DNA of 64,000 nucleotides from a virus (IMGVR_UViG_3300032167_003270:1-64000), one strand, 5' to 3'; positions 21,760 to 34,326 are shown, counted from the stretch's first letter. Notes: generated by a model from the sequence alone, not told the origin. Numbers and translations: made by a program.

Positions 21760-22137
21760 TTATCTAACACAATGATGTATATTTGCACCCATCTCAATAA
21801 ATTTTTGTCTTTGAGCGTCTGAAATATATTGTGATATACATATAATTGTACTATTTTTTGATAAAGTTTCAATTTTTGCTAAATCAGTTTCAGATAAATT
21901 AGAGTTTTCAAATATGATTAAGTCATAATTACTACTTATATCCTCAATAGATTTACAAAAAACAATATTATCTTTAAACATATTATACTCTTGTTCAAAG
22001 CCATTTATAATATTTATTTTTGCATTTTTGTTTGTATCTAAAATATCCTTAATATAATTTTGTGCATATGTTGTTTTACCACTTCCAACTACACCTGTAC
22101 ATATAATTATCATATTAAAATTCCCCCTTAATTTCAC
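21760..22137 (-). CDS. small P-loop protein
   Basis: GVVGSGKTT motif; 125 aa. Confidence 0.55.
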   Translation of the reverse strand: MKLRGNFNMIIICTGVVGSGKTTYAQNYIKDILDTNKNAKINIINGFEQEYNMFKDNIVFCKSIEDISSNYDLIIFENSNLSETDLAKIETLSKNSTIICISQYISDAQRQKFIEMGANIHHCVR

Positions 22138-22187
22138 GACACTATAGAATTATCACTTATATAAATTAAATAGTTTATAATAAGTAT

Positions 22188-22586
22188 TTACTCTTTAACC
22201 TCAACTAATGTATCTATACTTAAAGGATTATTTTGAATAACACCAGGCAATATTGTGGCATCATTTCTTTGTGTACATAAAATCATATGAATACCTGCTG
22301 AACGACCTAACTGTGTTATAGATTGAATGTTACTCAAAATTTCGTCTTTCAAAGCGTCTTCTGCCTTACCCTCTGTGGTTTTAATACCTGATTTACCTGT
22401 TAATTCAGCAATCTCATCTACAACTATAAGTAATCTAGGCATAGAATCTGTATAACATTTATCAACAGAATGTTTATTTATTGGAATCCAATTTTCATTA
22501 TCTAAACAAATTTCTAATTCAGGTATTTGAACTGTAACTTTTGATTTGGCAGCAGTTCCTTTATCTTGATTATCAAAAAATCCCAT
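22188..22586 (-). CDS. FtsK/SpoIIIE ATPase fragment (Walker B, Arg finger) fused to a 12-aa N-intein
   Basis: LLIVVDEIAEL, QLGRSAGIHMILCTQR, PGVIQNN, then PLSIDTLVEVKE* (intein block A with Pro1). Confidence 0.85.
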   Translation of the reverse strand: MGFFDNQDKGTAAKSKVTVQIPELEICLDNENWIPINKHSVDKCYTDSMPRLLIVVDEIAELTGKSGIKTTEGKAEDALKDEILSNIQSITQLGRSAGIHMILCTQRNDATILPGVIQNNPLSIDTLVEVKE

Positions 22587-23140
22587 TGTTTAATTTTCCC
22601 CCTTAATTATTTTTATAATAATTTAACTATATCCTCAATATCATATAAAAAATGTAAATCTGCCTCTGTTATAGAAATACATTTTTGATTTGAATTAGTA
22701 TTTACTTCTGTATAAAATTTATCTTTATATAAAATAAAATCGTCTTGTGGAATATTAGCAATATCAATATATTTCATACAATTATTTATATTATTTATCA
22801 TTTTTATAATAAGTGGTTTAATTAAATATAAATGTTCTTTTAATTCTTTTGAATTTAATGTATTACTACTAATTTCTATTTCTAATGCTAAATTATAATT
22901 TTCCATAGTATATCCAAAACAATTATCTGCTAATTTAATATGAATATCGTGTTGATTATCAATATCTAAAATAATATTTGTTTTTATATTATGTATTTCA
23001 AATGTTGATATTGCTTGTTTTGTAAATACATTTTTCCATTCATTTATATCAATATGTGGTGCTAATTTAATTATATCAAGATAACAAAATACTAATGCTA
23101 GTTTTTCCATATTATCACTCCTTTTATAATTAAATAGCAC

Positions 23141-23170
23141 AAAAAAGGACTATCTATATAGATAGCCCTT
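23141..23170 (-). terminator. intrinsic terminator
   Basis: AAGGGCTATC-TATATA-GATAGTCCTTTTTT on the minus strand. Confidence 0.7.
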
Positions 23171-23177
23171 ATATTTA

Positions 23178-23579
23178 TTACCACCACGCATAATAAATTA
23201 ATGTCCACTCATCAAAATCAGTATTTAGTGCGTCACTTGCAATATCTATTGTTTGTTGTAATTCTCTAAAATACCACTCATTTATTTCTGTACTTCCATA
23301 GAAAAATCCTGATGATGGTGGTAATATTTCTTCTGCCAAATTATGATTTGCTAGAACTTTCTCACAATCATTTATTAACTTACTTAAATCTGATTTTGTA
23401 ACCTCATATTCTTCACAATTTTCTAAATAACCATCAGCACAATTCTGATTAAACCATTCGTGAATAGCATTTGCCTTACGCCAATATCCAACTTCAATAA
23501 ACTCTTCTGGTTTATATAATCCTTTTTCATCTAATTTTGCACCGATTTTTCTCTTGTATAAATACATATCTAAACCCAT
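23178..23579 (-). CDS. conserved phage hypothetical protein
   Basis: MGLDMYL...YWRKANAIH.WF...LP...GFF.GS family pattern. Confidence 0.7.
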   Translation of the reverse strand: MGLDMYLYKRKIGAKLDEKGLYKPEEFIEVGYWRKANAIHEWFNQNCADGYLENCEEYEVTKSDLSKLINDCEKVLANHNLAEEILPPSSGFFYGSTEINEWYFRELQQTIDIASDALNTDFDEWTLIYYAWW

Positions 23580-25049
23580 AACTAAATTCCTCCTTAATAC
23601 TTTTCAGTTAATGCTTTTAAACAAGTTTCATATAATTCTTGTTTCTCTTCAATAGAAAATTCAAAATTCTCTATATAAATTGAATTTCCGTTAATATCAG
23701 AATAATATAAATGTGAGCCAAAATCTCCCTCTACAATATACCAACTAATAGAATCCAATCCAACAGTACAACAAAATCGTTCTGAAAAATCTTCTTGATT
23801 ATCAAATCTCTTTGCTTTTTCAATAATTTTTTCAGATACTTTTAATACATCAATATGGAATAATAATCTATCTCCTAAATCGTCAATGACTGCTACTTTA
23901 AACATTTATATTTCCCCTTTCATTCCTATATTATAATAAATATCTGAACATTTACTTACTATATAATTATTCAAATCGTCTAATGTAGGAATTTCATCTA
24001 TATATACATTTTCTAAAAATTCTATAAATTCTTCTTCTTTATCAGCATTATATATCTCTTCTAAAATTCTTTTTGCTAAAACATTACAATTTTTCCTTAA
24101 ATATATAAAATCTAATTCATTTTTTACCCACATAATAAATTCTCCTTTTAATAAGTATCTTCATCAAAATAATCTCCTACATTAAAACAACCATCGTCTT
24201 CTATATAATAATCATAATACAAAACAATATTATTTGGTAAAAATAAAGAAATATTTGGTATAAGACCAACAGAATAATCAGGTCTTTCAATTTCTACTTC
24301 AATAGCAGAATTTTTATCTTTTAATTCTTCAATAAAAGCCTTCTCATTACAAAAAATATATTTATTTCTAAAATCTATCATAAGATTTTTAACCCATTGA
24401 GTAAACGATTTATAATCAATAATATCATTACAAGGTTCTACTGTATAATTAGGAAAACAGTTTTTTGCCTCTTGTAAATCTTGAAAATTATCAACTGTAA
24501 ATGTATCTCGTTCATTAGATATTTTACATAACATAATTATTACTCCTTATTTTAAAAATATTCTATCAACACCTTCAATTTCAATACTCAAAACTGATAA
24601 TGGATTATATTTTATATTTTCTTTATCATTTTTATCACTTTTTACAAAATAACTTTCAAACTCTTTTAAAACTATAAAAAGTCTATTTGGAACAACTGAC
24701 CAAGTTCCACTTTTTAAAATATCGTCAAGTGCTAAAATGAAATCATTTAATTGTTTATTAAATTCTCTTTCATATACTTTTATCAATTTTATAATGTCGT
24801 CTACATCATCAGTTGTTTCTGATTCTATCCAAAAAAGTAATGATTGATTATTGTCATAACATCTATAACGAATATAGATATATATTTCGTCTGATAATTT
24901 AATTGTATATCTTAATGGTAATAATCTTATATCCATTTCTTTTGCAAATTTCTCTTGCCAACATACAAGACTATTTTCGTCTACCACATAAGGTGCTAAT
25001 ATTTTAAAATTTAATGTGACTTTTAATATATTCATATTCACATATCTCC

Positions 25050-25799
25050 TTAATTACATCTATAAATAAAATATGTTTCATCTTCATAATCAATTTCGTG
25101 TTCTTCTCCGTCATAACCACTTAAAGTATGACCCCTTCCGTCAACAGAATTACACCATTCTGCAATTCCTTTATAATCAATAGATAAACTATTATTATCA
25201 ATTAAACTTTTTATTTCATCAGAACCATATCCAAATTCATTGATATAATATTCAATAGGAGAATTGTAATATTCTCTATTTCTATCAGTTAAAATATTAG
25301 TACAAATATCTAAATATTCTTCCTCATTTTTCTCCCAATCATATAAGAATTTAGAACATTTTTCACTATACACACCATTACAAAGATGTTCAATTAATTC
25401 GTCATAATCAACTGGTAAATTCTTTTTTTCATTTAATAATTCTACCATTTCTCTTTGTTGTCTAGTTTCAAAAATATCATCATCCTCATATTTAATATCT
25501 TCTAAATAACTACGATTATATTCATCAATATTTTCCCAAAGAGAATTAGATGATATAAATTCTAAAACCTTGTTAAATTGCCAAGTACCAGGTTTCCAAA
25601 TACCTGTGATACCTAAATCGTCAATTAAATTTTCAATATAATCAACACAAGCCTTATCAGCCTCATAATTAGTATATACATAATAATCTCCATAAGGAGT
25701 TTCAAAATAACTATCATCATACTTTGCTTGTTTAATTTCGTCTAATTCAACTTCTGAATCAACAGTTAATAAGTATTCAAATAATGCCTCTTTTTTCAT
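25050..25799 (-). CDS. very acidic hypothetical protein
   Basis: D/E/Y-rich; ends DGRGHTLS.YDG.E. Confidence 0.6.
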   Translation of the reverse strand: MKKEALFEYLLTVDSEVELDEIKQAKYDDSYFETPYGDYYVYTNYEADKACVDYIENLIDDLGITGIWKPGTWQFNKVLEFISSNSLWENIDEYNRSYLEDIKYEDDDIFETRQQREMVELLNEKKNLPVDYDELIEHLCNGVYSEKCSKFLYDWEKNEEEYLDICTNILTDRNREYYNSPIEYYINEFGYGSDEIKSLIDNNSLSIDYKGIAEWCNSVDGRGHTLSGYDGEEHEIDYEDETYFIYRCN

Positions 25800-26597
25800 A
25801 TTATCACTCCTTAATAATTTCTAACTAAAATAATAGGTTTTGAACCTTGTCCAACTGCTTCAATATATCCCCAATTCAATTCATAAATACCCTCTTGATA
25901 TGCTTTTAAGGTTTCTTCATAGTTGTCATCATCGTTATAAAGAACAGTACACCAATTTACATAATCATTATCTACAATATCCATAACATTTAATTCTCTA
26001 TAAACCCCATTATATACATTTTTAGTATACATATCTCTAAATAAATTTGAAATTTCGTCATCGTGTACCCAACTATCTAATCTTTCCATCAATAACTCAA
26101 TTACATCTTCTTCTTCCATCATTACTGTAATCATATTTAATTTCCTCCTTATTATATAAAAAATTAGAGTGAATGTTTTTATTATTCAACATCCACTCTT
26201 TATTATAATTAAATAGTATTTAATTTTTTAATTTCTTCCCAACATTCTATCCAATAAGATATAGCATAACTAATATCAGATTCACAATTAAGAGAAACTT
26301 CTGTATTATACACATCATTAGTTGTTGTATCAATCGGCATTATCCAATCAATATCATAATCTTTCATATAAGAATCATTATAGGCTACTTTACCACAAAT
26401 ACGATATGTACCATATAAAAATTCATTTCCATCTTCATATTCTTCTTCAAATTCATCTTGCCAAGCAATAACTAACGCCCATATCTTATCTTCTTCTTTT
26501 TTAAGAGTAATCCATCTAGTTTCTGAAATATCTTTACTTTTTAAGAGTTCTTTAATCATATTTCTGATTTCATTCTCATTCATATTTACAACTCCTT

Positions 26598-27011
26598 TTA
26601 GATTTCTTCAAATTTTTGGTCTTTTCTATTATCAATTTCTGCGTGTTGTCCTGCAAAATCAATAACAGTTGTTGAGTTATTATCATCTAATTCAATTTCT
26701 CCAGATAATTCAATATCGTCTAAATTAAAATCGGACATTGTATTTGTATATCCTAATTCATCTAAACCCCTTTGTTTAAAATACACTTCATTTATCCATT
26801 TTTGTTGTTCAAAATAATATTGAACACGAGAAACTTGACCTTGCATTTTAGTAATACCAGCACCTTTATGACTACCATCTACGGTTGTACCTAATGTAGA
26901 ACCTAATGCCATCATAGATGCAGTTTGTTCTAATCTACCTGCTACAATTCTTGCAGCACAATTATGAGTAAAAACCATATCTTCTGTTATTTTATTTTTC
27001 TTTTTACCCAA
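26598..27011 (-). CDS. short C-intein fused to the C-terminal FtsK/SpoIIIE fragment
   Basis: Probable TTG start behind AAAGGTGGTG. (M)GKKKNKITEDMVFTHN|CAARIVAGRLEQTASMMALG...KGAG...RVQYYF. Confidence 0.85.
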   Translation of the reverse strand: MGKKKNKITEDMVFTHNCAARIVAGRLEQTASMMALGSTLGTTVDGSHKGAGITKMQGQVSRVQYYFEQQKWINEVYFKQRGLDELGYTNTMSDFNLDDIELSGEIELDDNNSTTVIDFAGQHAEIDNRKDQKFEEI

Positions 27012-29932
27012 ATTAAACACCACCTTTTTTAAATAATTTCCTTACTATTTATAATTTTATACATCTGGAATTTTCACACCTAATTCTTTAGCAATTACAG
27101 CAAAGGAAAAAGCAATTTCTCTAGCCCAAAAATCAGAAACTTGTTCGGAAATATCGTCTTCGTCTGTATCTGCTAATATAGTTTGTAAATGTTCAATAGG
27201 CATTATTTTTTCATTTATATATCTTGCTGAAATATATTTTTTCATTTTATACACCCTCTTATTAAATTACATTACCTGGTTCTTCATATTCTATATAACC
27301 ATTTTGTTCATAAAATCTACCACCTTTAAAAACAAATCTCCAATAACAATTATCTTCTCCTGTAAATTCAATATTATCACAGTTTAATACATAAGGTGTT
27401 ATTTTTCTTAAAAAATCGTGTATATCGTCTTCATTATAATTATCATTTAAATAACAATCTATTGCTAAATAGTCGTCTACATTATTTACTGATAAATCTA
27501 AATTTGAACTTGATAAAATATTTAAAACCTCTTGTGTATTTTTGGTTTCTAAATAACCATATCCATTTGCACTATAACCCATAATAAATTTCCTTTCTAA
27601 TCCCACCAAATTCTATCATTACTTACTTCGTCAGCAGTTTTTGATAAATTTTCAATTTCTTGTTTAAGTTCTTCGTCAGTAATATTTTCAAAATCCCCAT
27701 ATATAGTATCAATAGAAACCCTATAATCATCTCTATCAATAGACACAGCATAACCAGAATATAAAAGTTTCAAGTCATTTTGTTGAAATTTTTTACCTAA
27801 TTCTACTAATTTATCTATTGTTGGAGAATAATTTTGTCTATCATCTATATCTACATATCCCTCTTCAATAAGAATTTTTAATCCGTCTAATGATAATTTT
27901 GAAAATCTTTTAATACCACCTAAATAAATATCTTCAAATTTATTACTATATTTACTAATAATTTCATCTCTTATAATTTCATCTCTTTTTATAATATCTG
28001 CACCAATATCTGCTATATCATCCATATCGTAGCTTTCAATCTCATCTGGTTTATCTTTGCAATAATCCAAAAGACAAGACTTTAAATTTTCTTCTCCAAT
28101 TAAATTTCTTGCTTGTTCAACCGATGTTATTTTTAATTCCGTCCACTCTTTCAAAGTCATATTCTTAATATCCTCTTTATTTAAAACTCTCATATGAACA
28201 TATCCCCCATTATAAAGATTTTAATTTATTTTCATCTAATTGCAAACCTTTACAAGTTACAAAAATTGCACCATCTTCATCAATATCCCCAACATAATCA
28301 TCACAAATTTCTTTATTAGAAATAAATAATTCTTCAATATATTTAAAAATTTTATTTATTTTTGTATGTTCCTTTATGTTTAAGTCCATTGTAAGATTAG
28401 ATAACCAATCTAAACTATCTCCGTCACAATGATAATCTATTGAAAGTTGGTCTATAAAGGCTTTTCTAGGATTAAAAGATTCCCCTGTTTCAACTAATTC
28501 AGCCATATAATTATAATCTTCCGAACCTAAAACTAATGCAGTAATATCAATCTTCATACTATATCTCCTTTACTATTTCATCTATATTTACATCTACATA
28601 GAAATAACATTCTAAATATTTATCATCTTCTAAAATTACTTTAACATCTTCCCATTCATAAGAACCATCACTTAAATTCTCATAAATTTTATATAAAACA
28701 TTGTAAACTTTATCATCTGATATATCAACTTGTAAATAATCAGCAATATTTTCTCCATCTAATACATCAGGACAACTACCAATTCTATCATAAATACTAT
28801 CAATAATATTACCCTTAAAATTAGTATTAAAATTTCCGTCAAATGCCTCAATACTATGCTCCATATTGTTTATTAAATCATCAACCATACAAACTAATCC
28901 ATTTAATCTAATATACATATTATATACCCCCCTAACCAAATGTAGTGTAATAAAACATAATGTTGTTATAAGTGATTTTGTGGACTTTAAGCCCACAATT
29001 TATTATCTTAATCTACCTAGAATCCAATCCATAGTTTCTGGAGTTGGGATTGCTGCTGTTCCAGCATTTAATTGCGAAAAGAACTCATCTTCACAACTAA
29101 CTTCTTCACAACTAACTTCTTCAACTACAACATCATAACCACATACAACATCTGTATATTTATGGAAAATTGATTGTAATTTTTCTAATGTTAATTCTTT
29201 TTCTTCATCACTTATTTCAAATGGTTCATACATAACATATTCATCTCCATCATCATTTTGACAAATAGTAAAATGATATGGTTCTAACTCATTCATTACT
29301 GTTGCTATATAAAAACCTAATTTACAACAGACATATGGGGGTTCAAAATTTGTTGCTAAATCCCAATAATCTGTTAAACTATCAAATTCTTGAATATCAT
29401 CCCAAATCTCTGATTTAAATTCTGTTGTCATAGCAATTAAATCTTTAAGTTTTGCTGGTGTTGTTTTTAAATTCTCACAACAAATTCCAATTCCCATAGT
29501 TGTATCACGCATACTCATAATAAAATTCCCCCCTTATTGTTCTTTAATATAGCAATAATCAATTTTCCAACCATTTTTATTGCCCTCAACCTCTAAATAT
29601 TGTTCTAATCTAACACCTACATCACTACCGTCTAAACTACTAGCAAAAATAGAATAACCACCCATACCGTCAATAAAGGCTTTATTATCACTAGAAATTA
29701 AATAACTTCTTGCATCTAGTGAATACTCTTGTGTAAAACTATCTTCTGTAATAACTGCGACAATATAAGTTTTTTCGTCATTTCCTTTACTTTTAATATT
29801 GTGTTCTCTATTAAAACTTCTTAAATATTCAGTTGCCTCATACCAATTTAATTTTCTCATATTTATCTCTCCTTAATAATAAAATAAATGGAAGATGAAT
29901 TTTATTATTTTTCATCTTCCATTCTTATATAA

Positions 29933-30262
29933 TTAAATAGTTCTTCCTGCCTCAAAAGTTATACAGTATCTAGTAATAGAATTAGTGTGTTTTTTATCTT
30001 CTAATTTATATTCTGACCATTTATACGGGTGTTCAGACGGATTTACCTCTCCTGTAATATCATAGTATTTATTTTCTATTTTACAAATAAAGTGATTTAT
30101 TATAGGCATATAATAAATTTCCCCATTAAATCTTTCTTTTAGTATTATAGCAAAATAATAGCAATTACCAGTTGTAAATACATCCACTAATTCTTCTTTA
30201 TACTTAAACTTAAATTTTTCTATAAATTTTAAAATTTCATTCATTGTAAAAAAAATCTCCAA
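29933..30262 (-). CDS. small papain/transglutaminase-fold-like protein
   Basis: G.CY.FA, H and YYDI.G give a candidate C-H-D triad. Confidence 0.45.
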   Translation of the reverse strand: MEIFFTMNEILKFIEKFKFKYKEELVDVFTTGNCYYFAIILKERFNGEIYYMPIINHFICKIENKYYDITGEVNPSEHPYKWSEYKLEDKKHTNSITRYCITFEAGRTI

Positions 30263-30273
30263 AATAAATATAA

Positions 30274-30804
30274 TTAAAAGAAATCAACTTCTTCTATATA
30301 GGCACAATCTATTAAATCTTGTTGGTCTATATACGCATAATATTTAAATTTATCCCATTTTGGTATATCGTCTTCTGACCTAAGTTTAATATATATACTA
30401 TCTACATAATAAATAAAATCAACATCAATAGGGTACATAAAAGTTATTTGCTCATTCCAATTCTTAATTAAGTTTTCCATAGTGTTTTTTACAAATGCTT
30501 GTAATTTAAAATCTTGTTTAAAATAATTAAGAATGTCTTTATCAGATTTATTTTCAGGTATTTCAATTTTAATATAAATTGAACCTTCAAAATCATCGGT
30601 TAGTGTGTCATTAACTGAAAATTTTATTCTTATATTTCCTAAAAAATCTGAATTATAATTAACTATTTTTTCGTTTATATCATATATTTGTTCAAATATT
30701 TTATCACTTATGTCATATATAAACTTACTTTCACCGTCATCAATACTATAATTAAAATATCCTAAATTAGTTTTAATAATAAGGTTTATATAAATATATT
30801 TCAT
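30274..30804 (-). CDS. hypothetical protein, paralog of 31072-31617
   Basis: Shared LG.I...IPENK.D...K.D.K....K..ME.L...NE.I pattern. Confidence 0.6.
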   Translation of the reverse strand: MKYIYINLIIKTNLGYFNYSIDDGESKFIYDISDKIFEQIYDINEKIVNYNSDFLGNIRIKFSVNDTLTDDFEGSIYIKIEIPENKSDKDILNYFKQDFKLQAFVKNTMENLIKNWNEQITFMYPIDVDFIYYVDSIYIKLRSEDDIPKWDKFKYYAYIDQQDLIDCAYIEEVDFF

Positions 30805-31071
30805 TTTATTTTCCCCCTACTTTATGGAATTGTATGTTCAAATCCAAATGAATTGAAAAATTTTGTAATTCCTACTTGTGTAGCAAATCTACCATAATCT
30901 TTATAAATTCTATTCAATTCTGTTACTGCTTTATGAAATTCTTTATCTTGTTCTTCTTTAGAAATATTATTCCACTCTTTATGTACAAAATAGAATTTCT
31001 TTGTGTTATTATTATCTCCATAATTTATATTTATACTATATCGTATCATAATATATCTCCTATATTATAAT

Positions 31072-31617
31072 TTAATCTTCTCTTATATCCATATTATCTT
31101 TAATATGTTCTATAGTAAGTTTATCTTTTTCAATTTGTAGATTATATATTTCTGGTAAACTAATGTTTTGATTAACTAAATCATTAATAGATACTTTTAA
31201 ATAAAAAGAACCATTTCTAAAAATAGCATCTTCCATAGGTATTTTTATATCTATGGTTTCATTAAATTTATCTACTAATTTTTCCATTCCGTCTTTAATA
31301 ACTTTATGAAATTTAACATCTGATTTTACAATTTCCCAAGCAATATCTCCTTTATTTTCAGGTATAGAAAATTTAGCGTCTATTCGTAAATCCCCTATAT
31401 CTTCATAAATATAGGTATTTAATACAATTTTTAAATCAATATCACCCAAATTATCCATAAAATAATGTAAATTCATTTCATTTTCTTGGAACTCCTTATA
31501 TAAAATATTATTTATATATTCTACATAGTCCTTATATTCATTATGTTCCCCATTTTCTTCAAGGTCTGTAGATAATATATTTGTATCAACATATATATAA
31601 GTTTCAAATTCTTGCAT
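31072..31617 (-). CDS. hypothetical protein, paralog of 30274-30804
   Basis: Same shared pattern as 30274-30804. Confidence 0.6.
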   Translation of the reverse strand: MQEFETYIYVDTNILSTDLEENGEHNEYKDYVEYINNILYKEFQENEMNLHYFMDNLGDIDLKIVLNTYIYEDIGDLRIDAKFSIPENKGDIAWEIVKSDVKFHKVIKDGMEKLVDKFNETIDIKIPMEDAIFRNGSFYLKVSINDLVNQNISLPEIYNLQIEKDKLTIEHIKDNMDIRED

Positions 31618-32448
31618 ATTATTAACCCCCCTTAATTATATAAATGTAAATCATAATATAATTCTGTTACTTGTAAATAATTCATATCAAAATTATGTGC
31701 TATATTTACAATTTCTTGAAAATCAGCATATAAAATTTTATTATACTCACTATTATTCTTCATATAGTCAGCAACTTTATATAGAAGATGATAATTATTG
31801 TCTTTATTTTTATATATCTCTTCTAACTTATCAAATAAATCTCTATATTCCTTAAATTCATAATTAGTATAATTTTCTCTACTTTTATTCCATTCTCTTA
31901 AATTATATATAAATAATTGTAGACATTCTTTAGGACTTGCCTCTGATAAATCATAATCATTTAATTCTTTTGTAGAGAACACTCTATCAGTAGAAAAATA
32001 TGTACCATTAGGAAAATCTAATAACATATTTATTGATGCGTTTTTAGGAACACTACCTGGTTGAACACCGTGTTTGGTTAAATACCAATAGGTCATAATT
32101 AGTACACCACACTTTCTATGTCATCTAATAAGGAACCAGGATGTTGCCAATCTACCATATCAAATAAATCTTCAGCACTTATATATTTGTTTTTATTATT
32201 ACGATTAAATTCTTCACACATATCTTCAAAATCTTTCTTTGTGTAACAAGAACTTAATTCAATATCTCCATCATTATTAAGTCCACTATAGCAATATTCT
32301 GGTACATAAATGATTTCGTCTGGATTACCAGATTCCCAATTAAAATCATAATTCTTATAACCATATCCTTGACCAATAAAATCTCTTGGAATAATTTTAG
32401 TAAGTTCTTCTGGTGTTAATAATGACGCTTCTTTCTTTGTAATCATAC

Positions 32449-32670
32449 TTACAACCCCCTTAATAACTCAACATTATTGCCTAATATAGGAACTGCTTTT
32501 CTTAAAACGCTATCAAAGATTTGTTCAATTTCAACTATACTTTTATCCAAAATACAACTTATTTCTTTAAGAGATAATCTCTCATAATAAGTAAGGACAA
32601 AGACAAGCCATTCAGTATTAGTAGAATTATTTTTTATTGTATTTAATTGTTGTATTAACTGTTCTCTCAT
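32449..32670 (-). CDS. stand-alone sigma70 region 4-like HTH protein
   Basis: E.LV..L.YYE.LSLKEI..IL..S...I.QI pattern (FliA/SigD-like region 4); 73 aa. Confidence 0.6.
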   Translation of the reverse strand: MREQLIQQLNTIKNNSTNTEWLVFVLTYYERLSLKEISCILDKSIVEIEQIFDSVLRKAVPILGNNVELLRGL

Positions 32671-33387
32671 AATTATAATTCCTTTGTAACTGCTATACTT
32701 AATAATACTTGAATTAACTCATCAAGTTCAAATTTCTTAATTACAATATCCAACATTTCTTCTGTACTGACTGAATTTAGAATTTCATTTGCAATACCAT
32801 ATAGGTTTACATAATTATATCCATTCTTTTCATCTTTATATAGTTCTATTTCTTCCAAGCGTTCTTTAATAGACTTTTCCATACTAATCTTCCTTTCGTT
32901 CTTGCATAAGTTTTAAATATTTATCACTATTAGATTTTAACATATTATACTCATTTTTGCTAATAATAACTATATCAAAACCACTTAAATTTTCAATGGA
33001 ATTAGTTTTAATCTCGTCTGTTTTCACTTCTTCTTCTTTGATTTCTTCCTTTATATCTTCTTTAACTTCTTCAACCTTTTCTGGTTCTTTATAGATTTTA
33101 AGTTTAGCCAAAGGAACTACAACACATAATCTACCATTATTAGTAAATTTATTTAATTTAGTCTTATCTTCAATTTCAAACGCAAATGTTGTATTCTTTA
33201 AGATTTCAATATCCTCATCAGATAAACCACCATAAATCTTTGCATTTCTATCATTAATGGAAGAGAATTTTAATAAATTAAGTCCATTAACAACTTTGTT
33301 ATAAGCAATTATAACATCTCTCTTTGAGTATCTTGGTTCAAAAACATCTGTAATCATTTTTAATTTCCTCCTTATATCTTACAATTT

Positions 33388-33933
33388 TTAAAATTCAAAA
33401 TTTTGTTTAATTACATATTGTGTTTCTATATTTTGTGTTTCCACATATTGTGGTTGTGTATATTCTTCTTCTATATATTGTGTTTCTGTAAAGTTATTTT
33501 CAAATTCTTGATTTTGTTCTGCCAACTGTTGTTGTTGCTGTTGATAATATTGCATATATGGACATTGTTCACACATAATATGTGTTGTTTGTTCTATTGA
33601 TGTTTGTTCTTGAATAACATCTTGTTTTATTTCAAAATCATTTATTTCAAATAATGGTTCATAAGTAATTAGTTGATTTTCCCAATCTTTTTCTGTAAAA
33701 ATTTGTATTTCATCATTAGTAAATTGTACTCTTAATTCCCCTTGATTAATTTTAGTTTTTTTAAAAAAGCCACTAGATTTAACACAAGCACGATTATTTA
33801 ATGATAAAATTGTACCACTTCTGCTGTATTTTTTACTATTATGTAGACTACTATTATGAAAATTTTCCTTTTCTTTATCTAAACCTACATTCATATAAAT
33901 GATTTCTCCTACATCTAAATCCCAAAAGTTCAT
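33388..33933 (-). CDS. hypothetical protein with Gln-rich low-complexity tail
   Basis: C..CPY, poly-Q and ETQY repeats. Confidence 0.55.
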   Translation of the reverse strand: MNFWDLDVGEIIYMNVGLDKEKENFHNSSLHNSKKYSRSGTILSLNNRACVKSSGFFKKTKINQGELRVQFTNDEIQIFTEKDWENQLITYEPLFEINDFEIKQDVIQEQTSIEQTTHIMCEQCPYMQYYQQQQQQLAEQNQEFENNFTETQYIEEEYTQPQYVETQNIETQYVIKQNFEF

Positions 33934-33963
33934 ACTTTATCCTTTCTTCCTACCATTTTAATA

Positions 33964-34326
33964 TCACTCCTTATTTATATAAATAGCAAACTGACTATCT
34001 TTTGCATCAGTTGTTATACATTGTACTAATTCAGGTTCAATTTTCTTAATACTTTTAATTGTAGGACCATCAATAGTACCAACATTTCTACCTTTATAAA
34101 AATCAAATTCTTGATAAATGCCCTCTGCGTCAATAGTATACATTTTACCATTGATAAAAACATTCCATTGATGTGTATTAGAACATTTAACATATCCATT
34201 ACTGAATTTTATCTCATACATATTATAAGATAATTTCACATCAGTTTTATCAATAACTTTATGCCAATTACCATCAGTACCTAATATTCTATCTCCTATT
34301 TTTATATCACTAATTGCTTTTTTCAT
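33964..34326 (-). CDS. stand-alone Hint/intein core (class 3 type) lacking first and last strands
   Basis: ISDIKIGD.ILG.DG, block B CSNTHQW, block F VQCITTD..D..F. No N-terminal C/S/P nucleophile strand and no terminal HN. Confidence 0.85.
   Translation of the reverse strand: MKKAISDIKIGDRILGTDGNWHKVIDKTDVKLSYNMYEIKFSNGYVKCSNTHQWNVFINGKMYTIDAEGIYQEFDFYKGRNVGTIDGPTIKSIKKIEPELVQCITTDAKDSQFAIYINKE

Noticed and set aside
21760-22137. Small P-loop ORF as the missing Walker A fragment of the split FtsK
   Set aside because: GSGKTT continues into ordinary sequence with no intein block A after GK, and the Ser after GK is already supplied by the 52888 fragment.
29088-29122. 15-bp tandem duplication (EEVSC twice)
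   Set aside because: Simple in-frame slippage with no further structure.
33388-33933. FWDLDV...ENFHNSSLHNS as another C-intein next to the Hint core
   Set aside because: Spacing does not fit blocks F/G, the downstream sequence matches no recognisable extein, and F.DL.VG..IY is a common small beta-barrel start. An HMM check would settle it.
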